Part shown: positions 24,246 through 29,977 of the stretch, one piece after another
Layout of the letters: the number at the start of each line of letters is the position of its first letter
Numbering within the stretch: position 1 is the first letter of the stretch
Source: Abditibacteriaceae bacterium
Lineage (GTDB): Bacteria; Armatimonadota; Abditibacteriia; Abditibacteriales; Abditibacteriaceae
Assembly: GCA_031425655.1 (NCBI GenBank)
Contig: JANPJS010000130.1
Coordinates: 1-29,977, forward strand
Length of the DNA stretch: 29,977 bases
Direction of reading: 5' to 3'
Position numbers and translations under genes: made by a program
Notes under the pieces: model-generated
What the model was told of the DNA's origin: nothing
What the model saw: only the letters and a program-made list of their open reading frames with translations
Databases searched by the model: none

Positions 24246-25126
24246 AGCCCGCCGTCCTGCACTTTGATTTCAAAAAGACGCGGCCACAGCTTGCCGGTCA
24301 CGAAAAGGCGCTTTTTTTCGGCGTCATAAGCGATGCCGTTCAGCACATCTTCCTTGCCGGTTCGCAGGGCGCGGGGCAAGAGTCCGGTCAGGTCGAGATA
24401 AGCCGTGATTTGGCCTGTCGCCGGGTCAATACGCACGATTTGGTCGGTTTTCCACACGTTCGCCCAGATCGCGCCGTTGATCCACTCTAATTCGTTCAAA
24501 TTGCGCTGCATCTGGCCGTTGAAAGTTACGGTCAGTTGTCGCAGCGGCTGAAAAGTTTGCGGGTCGAGATAAGTCAATGTGCTGGTGCCGTCGCTTTGAA
24601 TGAGATATTGCCCGTCGTAAGTCAAGCCCCAACCTTCGTTGGCGTAAGTAAATTCGCCCAAAAGCTTCAAACTCTTGCGATCCCACACGAAGCCGCGCCG
24701 CGACTGCCAACTTAATCCCACCAGTTTGTCGCCGACTTGCGCCACGCCTTCACCGAAAACGTCGGCGGGCAAAGCGCGCTTTTGCAGCACTCTGCCTGAA
24801 GGAAATTCTACGCGGCGCAGCGTAGATTGGCCTTCGATTCCAGTGCCTTCGTAAAATCCGCCGTCAAACCAGAGCAACCCTTGTGTGAAAGCCTTCGGGT
24901 CGTGCGGAAAACTGTTGACAACGCGCCAATCGAGCCGGACGGCTTGAACATTTGCCGGCAGTGCAACTTGCGTCGTGGCAAGCGGCGGCGCAACTTGGCG
25001 CCGCGTCAACGTGAGGCCGCCGATGCCGCAAAGCAGCAGCGCGACGAGCAGCATCGGCCATTTAGCGCCGCGCGACGAAGTTTGGCCGTTAGATTCGCGC
25101 GATGCCGTCGCGGTTAAAGGTTTCAT
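24242..25126 (-). CDS. Glutaminyl-peptide cyclotransferase (plant/bacterial beta-propeller type)
   Basis: PHD..AFTQGL, FGEG, EGWGLT, SDGT, LNELE, ANVW, VLNGIAYD and TGKLWP; N-terminal anchor. Confidence 0.93.
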   Translation of the reverse strand: MKPLTATASRESNGQTSSRGAKWPMLLVALLLCGIGGLTLTRRQVAPPLATTQVALPANVQAVRLDWRVVNSFPHDPKAFTQGLLWFDGGFYEGTGIEGQSTLRRVEFPSGRVLQKRALPADVFGEGVAQVGDKLVGLSWQSRRGFVWDRKSLKLLGEFTYANEGWGLTYDGQYLIQSDGTSTLTYLDPQTFQPLRQLTVTFNGQMQRNLNELEWINGAIWANVWKTDQIVRIDPATGQITAYLDLTGLLPRALRTGKEDVLNGIAYDAEKKRLFVTGKLWPRLFEIKVQDGGL

Positions 25127-25128
25127 GG

Positions 25129-25150
25129 TATTGAAAGATGACTATCATTA
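25129..25150. promoter_or_regulatory. Candidate Zur/Fur operator 1
   Basis: Minus strand TAATGATAGTCATCTTTCAATA; aligns with the sites at 25852 and 26682. Confidence 0.6.
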
Positions 25151-25166
25151 GTCATAAACTGAATTT

Positions 25167-25595
25167 ATGGATTCTTCACAGTTGGGCCAAAGGCAAACGC
25201 GGCAGCGCGAAGCGATTTATCAGACCATCGAAGTGGCCAGCGGCCCGCTTTCCGTCCCTGAAATCCATGAGCGCGCCCGGCGCATTTTTCCGCGCATCGG
25301 CATAGCGACAGTTTATCGCACCGTGAAGATGCTTCAGGAGGGCCAGCGCATCCAGAGCGTGATTTTGCCGTCCGGCGACACGCGCTACGAAGAATGCGGT
25401 TTGGGCCATCACGAGCATTTTCAGTGTCGCAAATGCGAGCAGGTCTTTGATATTAACGTGTGCCCGGTTCACATTCCTCACGGCGAACCCATCGCTGGCG
25501 GCTTCATCGTCGAAGACCACGAACTCACGATTTACGGCCTCTGCCCGACGTGCAATGAGGCTGGAAGCGCGTCGCAAGTTCCGGGCAAATCATAA
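25167..25595 (+). CDS. Fur-family transcriptional regulator, probably Zur by context
   Basis: TRQREAI, IGIATVYRT, HHEHFQCRKC and IYGLCPTC; adjacent to ZIP and znuAC-like genes. Confidence 0.92.
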   Translation: MDSSQLGQRQTRQREAIYQTIEVASGPLSVPEIHERARRIFPRIGIATVYRTVKMLQEGQRIQSVILPSGDTRYEECGLGHHEHFQCRKCEQVFDINVCPVHIPHGEPIAGGFIVEDHELTIYGLCPTCNEAGSASQVPGKS

Positions 25596-25800
25596 GAAAC
25601 TGTCTGAGAATTGGTTACTTCCTACCGCGAAGACTTCTTAAATAGGACGCGGAGCTTCGCTTCGCGGATTTCATGCGCGGATTTCCGCTGATTTTTTCTG
25701 TAAAACCGCGAAAATCAAAGCCGTTTCCGCGTAGCGAAGCTCCGCGTCCTAATTGAAAAGCGACTCAACTCAGGATTAATGACTGTTCTCAGACAGCTAC
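25596..25800. mobile_element. Putative MITE with nested internal palindrome
   Basis: Terminal IRs GAAACTGTCTGAGAA and TTCTCAGACAGCTAC (13/15 match), TAA on both flanks, inner IR at 25643-25668 and 25726-25751. Confidence 0.6.
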
Positions 25801-25822
25801 TAAGCAATTTCAACCACGTAAC

Positions 25823-25873
25823 TTGCGGTCGCCATGCCCTGTTGTTATAGTTATTGCAAATAGTTTCTCATTA
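25823..25873 (+). promoter_or_regulatory. Sigma70 promoter of the ZIP gene abutting candidate operator 2
   Basis: TTGCGG (25823-25828), 17 nt, TATAGT (25846-25851, with TGn extension), immediately followed by TATTGCAAATAGTTTCTCATTA (25852-25873). Confidence 0.7.
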
Positions 25874-25878
25874 TCGCC

Positions 25879-26652
25879 ATGCCTGAAAGTCTATCGCCCG
25901 TTTTGTTTTCGCTGCTGGCTGGCGCATCGCTGGTTTTTGGCTCGGCACTGCCGACGGCGCGGCCTCTGCGCGAGAAACTGACGGCGCATCGTTTGACGAT
26001 GCTGATCGGCTTTTCCGCCGGATTGATGCTGGCGACTGCGCTGCACGAATTGCTGCCCGAAGCGATTGAAAAAGGTGGCCCGCACGCGTTGGCCGGAGTC
26101 GGGTTGGGCTTCATGATGTTATATATGGTCGAAAGGTTGACGCACTTTCATGCTTGCCGCCATCGCACCTGCGAAGTGCAACACGACGATCACGTTCATG
26201 GCCATGTCCACACGCACGCCAGCACCACGCTGATGGGCATCGGGTTACATAATTTCATTGATGGACTGATTACAGCAGCGGCGTTTGCAGTCTCAAAAGT
26301 GGCGGGAGGGCTGGTTTTGGGCGCCATCGTGCTGCATCAGGTGGCGGTTGGTTTCAGCATCGGCGCGCTGCTGCTACGCGCCGGCCACACGCCGCGACAA
26401 GTCAGCGTGTCAACCGCCGTGATCGGCTCTTTCGTTTTGTGGGGCGCTCTGGCTTATGGCGTTTTGCCGATGACAGCTTCGATGGGTGGCTTCTTACTGG
26501 GCGTGGCGGGCGGCAGCTTTCTGTATATTGGCGCCTGCGATTTGCTGCCCGAAGCGCACGCAAAAGATGAAGGCGTTTATGTGATGACTGCCACGCTGCT
26601 TGGCTACGGCGCCGTATTACTCATGACATACCTCTTTGAACATGGTCATTGA
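25879..26652 (+). CDS. ZIP-family divalent metal transporter
   Basis: GFSAGLML...ELLPEA, a His-rich loop (HDDHVHGHVHTH), LHNFIDG, AIVLHQ and GSFLYI...DLLPE. Confidence 0.93.
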   Translation: MPESLSPVLFSLLAGASLVFGSALPTARPLREKLTAHRLTMLIGFSAGLMLATALHELLPEAIEKGGPHALAGVGLGFMMLYMVERLTHFHACRHRTCEVQHDDHVHGHVHTHASTTLMGIGLHNFIDGLITAAAFAVSKVAGGLVLGAIVLHQVAVGFSIGALLLRAGHTPRQVSVSTAVIGSFVLWGALAYGVLPMTASMGGFLLGVAGGSFLYIGACDLLPEAHAKDEGVYVMTATLLGYGAVLLMTYLFEHGH

Positions 26653-26681
26653 GGCGGGAAAACGAATTTTTTTTCGACGAA

Positions 26682-26703
26682 TAACGATAAACGCTTTGCA
26701 ATA
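26682..26703. promoter_or_regulatory. Candidate Zur/Fur operator 3
   Basis: TAACGATAAACGCTTTGCAATA, 40 nt upstream of ATG 26744. Confidence 0.6.
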
Positions 26704-26743
26704 TCTTTTATTGCGACGGGATTTACACGAAAGGGAGATTTTC

Positions 26744-28132
26744 ATGATGGAGAAGGACATTACGCGAATTGTAAAAAAAGGCTTGTGGGTGGCGCTCGGC
26801 GTGCCCACGCTGCTTTTGGCGCCGCTTCCGAATGCGGCGGCGCAGAACATCGAAGATTTACCGATTGACGCAGCGCCGTCTTCACCGAAAGCGCAAGCGC
26901 CGTCCGGCACCGTGCCCGGCCCGGCTGTGGGCAATGCGACGGCAGGCGAGATGATTCAGGTGCCGCGCGCGGTCTGGGAAAAGCTGCTGCGCGATGTCGA
27001 GGCATTGAAAGGCAAAAACGGCGTTGTCGAAGCCGCACCGCCGGATGCGGGCACGACGCCTCCGACCAGCGAGTCGGAGGCGGGCAGAAGTCAGTCGGGC
27101 AAACGCAATTACTTGTTGCTGCCTGATATTTCGTTCAGCGCGCAGGCCAAAGGTCGTTACAGTTCGGACAAGCGCGACGAAGACAGGCGACGCCTGAGTT
27201 TGTCGGAAGCGGAACTGGCGATTCAAAGTGATATTTATCCCGGCGTGCGCGCCGAAGCGTTTATCGTGGCCGAACCGGGCGAAGACGTGCCTTTCGGACT
27301 GGAACAGGGATTTATTGACTTTTTGGGAGTCCGCAAAGGCGTCAATATCCGCGTGGGACGTGACTTCACGCCGTTTGGACGCACCGGACGCCAGCACACG
27401 CATTCGTGGCTTTACACGCGCCAGTTGCTGCCGATTAAAAACATCGTGGCCGAAGAAGAATTGGGCGGCGACGGCGTGCTGTTTTCCTATTTGCTGCCGA
27501 CGAAGGGCAAGTTGTTCGCTAACGCGCAGTTTGGAATTTACAACGGCTTGTCAGGCGGCGAAATCTCCTCTAATCCGTTTGGCGACGAAGTGCCGGTTGG
27601 AACCGGAGCAGGATTTAACGACCGCTTTTATCTTGGCAAATTGCAGTTAGCGCATCCCATCGGCAGAAACGGCGAGTTGGAATTAGGCACTTCTTACGCG
27701 CGCGGTCGCTCGACGTTGGACGACGATCAAGGCACGAATTTAGGCACGGGCCGCGTAAACTTGTTGGGCTTGGATGCGTCGTATCGGCGCTTTTATGGCG
27801 GCGAGAAGCGTTTGCTCTTGCGCTCCGAGTATTTTCGCAACAAGCCGAGCGGCGATTTGCCGACCAGCACAGCCTCCGGTTATTATGGTCTGGCGAATTA
27901 CCGCATGAGCCGCTTTAAAGACGTGGGATTGCTTTACGAAAATTCCGGCTTTCCACAAGCGCCGGGAGCGCGCGAATCGGCTTTGTCGCTGATTTACACC
28001 AAGCAATTTTCCGAGCAGTTTTACGTGCGCTTGCAGGGCACGCGCGGGCGGCGGCCGGGGCAGGGCAGCTACAACGAGGCGACGGTTCAATTCACTTGGG
28101 GCATGGGGCCACACACGCACAATCTGGAGTAA
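26744..28132 (+). CDS. Putative metal-regulated outer-membrane beta-barrel (porin-like) protein
   Basis: SD GGGAG, signal peptide, short coiled coil, PDIS, LSEAELAIQSDIYP, FGRTGRQHTH, amphipathic strands and C-terminal QFTWGMGPHTHNLE; lies upstream of a ZnuA-like gene. Confidence 0.75.
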   Translation: MMEKDITRIVKKGLWVALGVPTLLLAPLPNAAAQNIEDLPIDAAPSSPKAQAPSGTVPGPAVGNATAGEMIQVPRAVWEKLLRDVEALKGKNGVVEAAPPDAGTTPPTSESEAGRSQSGKRNYLLLPDISFSAQAKGRYSSDKRDEDRRRLSLSEAELAIQSDIYPGVRAEAFIVAEPGEDVPFGLEQGFIDFLGVRKGVNIRVGRDFTPFGRTGRQHTHSWLYTRQLLPIKNIVAEEELGGDGVLFSYLLPTKGKLFANAQFGIYNGLSGGEISSNPFGDEVPVGTGAGFNDRFYLGKLQLAHPIGRNGELELGTSYARGRSTLDDDQGTNLGTGRVNLLGLDASYRRFYGGEKRLLLRSEYFRNKPSGDLPTSTASGYYGLANYRMSRFKDVGLLYENSGFPQAPGARESALSLIYTKQFSEQFYVRLQGTRGRRPGQGSYNEATVQFTWGMGPHTHNLE

Positions 28133-28154
28133 TCCAGCGAAAAGAGGAGATTTT

Positions 28155-29084
28155 ATGAAGCATTTTCGATTGAAAATTTCACAAAGCGCGACGGCGCTTT
28201 TGATGGCGGGCGCACTGATTTTTGGAGCGCCAGTCGCGCACGCTGCGATAGATATTGCGGCTTCTTTGCCGGAATTGGCGGCCATCGCGCGCGAAGTGGG
28301 CGGGCAAAAAGTGGTGGTTTATTCCATCGCGCGGCCCGAAGCCAATTATCACACGGTTGAGTTGCGTCCCAGCGATGTGCAGCGCATCGCTAAAGCCGAT
28401 TTGGTGGTGCGTTCGGGATTGGGCTTGGATAGTTGGATGGACGCTCTGATGCGCGCGGCAGGCAACCGCAGCCTTAACAAAGGCGGCGCGGCTTATGTGG
28501 ACGGCTCGGAAGGCATCCCGACGCTGGACAAGCCGCAAAGCTCAATCAGCGGCGCCAGCGGCGATGTGCATCCCGACGGCAATCCGCATTACTATTACGA
28601 TCCGATTTACGCCAAATTCGCAGCACGTAATATCGTGCGCGGCTTAATCCGCGTGGACGCTGCCAACGCCGCTTATTATCGCGGACAATTAGCCGATTTT
28701 TACAAGCAGATTGACGGCAAAATGGCCGGTTGGAACAAGGAAATGGCGCCGTTTGCGGGCAAATCTTTGGTGACTTATCACGAAAGCTACGATTACTTTC
28801 TGCGCCGTTTTGGGCTGAGGATTTACAATACCTTGGAGCCGAAACCGGGCATTCCACCTTCGGCGGCGCACGTCAATCGTTTGATTCAGGGCATGAAAGC
28901 CGACGGCATCAAAGCGATTCTGGTTGAGTCCATTTACTCGACGAAATATCCCGATTTGGTGGCGCGGCAGTTGGGCGTGAAATACGTTGTGGCGCCGTAT
29001 TCGGTCGGCTCGATGGGCACCAAAACTTACTTCGATTTGATTGATTTGTTGGTGGATAAAACCAAACAGGCGCTTAACCAGTGA
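28155..29084 (+). CDS. Metal ABC transporter substrate-binding protein (ZnuA/TroA family)
   Basis: SD GAGGAG, signal peptide, NYH...RPSD, GDVHPDGNPHYYYDP, TYHESYDYF and EPKPGIPPSAAH. Confidence 0.93.
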   Translation: MKHFRLKISQSATALLMAGALIFGAPVAHAAIDIAASLPELAAIAREVGGQKVVVYSIARPEANYHTVELRPSDVQRIAKADLVVRSGLGLDSWMDALMRAAGNRSLNKGGAAYVDGSEGIPTLDKPQSSISGASGDVHPDGNPHYYYDPIYAKFAARNIVRGLIRVDAANAAYYRGQLADFYKQIDGKMAGWNKEMAPFAGKSLVTYHESYDYFLRRFGLRIYNTLEPKPGIPPSAAHVNRLIQGMKADGIKAILVESIYSTKYPDLVARQLGVKYVVAPYSVGSMGTKTYFDLIDLLVDKTKQALNQ

Positions 29085-29106
29085 GATTCTGGATGCTTGA
29101 TAGTTC

Positions 29107-29172
29107 GCATCGAGCATCGAGCATCGAGCATCGAGCATCGAGCACCCAGCACCCAGCACCCAGCACCCAGCA
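29107..29172 (+). repeat. Compound heptamer array (GCATCGA)5(GCACCCA)4
   Basis: Counted directly; intergenic between the ABC genes. Confidence 0.95.
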
Positions 29173-29179
29173 ACTTCCC

Positions 29180-29914
29180 ATGACTAAACTTCTTCGCTTC
29201 CAAAACGTGGCGCTTGGCTACGGACGGCGCTGCATTTTGGCGGATGTGTCTTTTACGCTGCGAACCGGAGATTATCTGGCGATAGTCGGCGCCAACGGCG
29301 CCGGGAAAAGCACATTATTGCGCGGGCTTTTAGGTTTGCTCGGCACACAGGCGGGCCGGATTATCCGCGCCCCGAAATTACGCTACGGCTATGTGCCGCA
29401 GCTACAGTCGGTCGAAGAATTGTTCCCGTTTACGGTTCACGACGTAGTTTTGATGGGACGCTACGGCCAGATCGGCGCGCTGAAATGGCCTTCAAAAAGT
29501 GACCGCGCGCAGGCTTTGGAGTCGCTCGAAGAAGTCGGCATCGCCGAACTTGCCGGGCGCCTTTATCGTGATTTATCGGGCGGGCAAAAGCAGCGTGCGC
29601 TCATCGCGCGGGCTTTGGTTTGCGACCCGCAAGTGCTGGTTTTGGACGAACACACCAACGATCTCGACCTCGTCGCTGAGCGCGCGATTATGGCGTTGAT
29701 TGATGAGTTGCACGCGCGGCGTCAGATGGCCATTGCGATGGTCAGCCACTCGCTGAACACAGTCGCCAACCACGCGCGCGAAATCGGCATTATTAACAAC
29801 GGCGGCTTCACTTTAGCGCCGGTCGGCGAGGTTTTGCAACCCGATTATTTGCAGAAAATCTATGGCGTGCCGCTGCGCGTGGCCGAAATCGAGGGAGTCA
29901 AAGTTGTTCTTTAG
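29180..29914 (+). CDS. Metal ABC transporter ATP-binding protein (ZnuC-like)
   Basis: GANGAGKST, GYVPQ, LSGGQKQR, LVLDEHT and VSH. Confidence 0.93.
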   Translation: MTKLLRFQNVALGYGRRCILADVSFTLRTGDYLAIVGANGAGKSTLLRGLLGLLGTQAGRIIRAPKLRYGYVPQLQSVEELFPFTVHDVVLMGRYGQIGALKWPSKSDRAQALESLEEVGIAELAGRLYRDLSGGQKQRALIARALVCDPQVLVLDEHTNDLDLVAERAIMALIDELHARRQMAIAMVSHSLNTVANHAREIGIINNGGFTLAPVGEVLQPDYLQKIYGVPLRVAEIEGVKVVL

Positions 29915-29920
29915 ATTAAC

Positions 29921-29977
29921 CCCATCCCCGGCCCTTCCCTCCCGCCCAGAGGGCACCCGACGACAGGGGAAGGGAGT
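29921..29977. repeat. Start of another REP-like hairpin element
   Basis: CCCTTCCC...GGGAAGGG stem after the ABC ATPase; runs off the window end. Confidence 0.5.

Noticed and set aside
26636..26743. Longer start for the porin-like gene
   Set aside because: It would run through the operator and promoter region. ATG 26744 has an SD and yields a proper signal peptide.
29081..29179. N-terminal extension of the ABC ATPase in the ORF track
   Set aside because: It is translated heptamer repeat (HRASSIEHRASSTQHPAP). ATG 29180 fits the family start, although coupled initiation at GTG 29081 cannot be fully excluded.

Overview
Bacterial chromosomal window of moderately high GC from a diderm organism. 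The gene style is reminiscent of Armatimonadota/Abditibacteriota, but that is only an impression. From left to right it holds: a decayed IS1-family transposase tail; a secreted HEAT-repeat protein; a minus-strand cluster (MBL hydrolase, catalytically degenerate dienelactone hydrolase, mutarotase-like protein, 31-aa membrane peptide, DUF4091/GH123-like glycosidase); a plus-strand run (two TPR proteins, DUF2905, PAP2, a degenerate tyrosine-phosphatase-like protein, queA, HTH protein, SAM methyltransferase); an AT-rich RHS remnant with a probable orphan immunity gene; two membrane proteins; a PduO-type adenosyltransferase; a cold-shock gene; a stand-alone C-terminal half of carB; a two-domain CbiX/SirB chelatase; two DUF1990-like genes; comEA; a second PAP2; a glutaminyl cyclase; and a Fur/Zur-controlled metal-uptake locus (regulator, ZIP, porin-like protein, ZnuA, ZnuC). 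Intergenic DNA is dense with palindromic elements and inverted heptamer arrays, several of which enter coding sequence. The most notable observations are: a palindromic repeat that appears to supply the start codon and signal peptide of the glycosidase; a 22-bp operator-like motif found three times in the metal locus; a split CarB with its own promoter; two Cys-to-Gly pseudoenzymes; and hairpins that bridge stop and start codons. No rRNA, tRNA or CRISPR array was seen. All family calls come from motif recognition by eye, not database searches.
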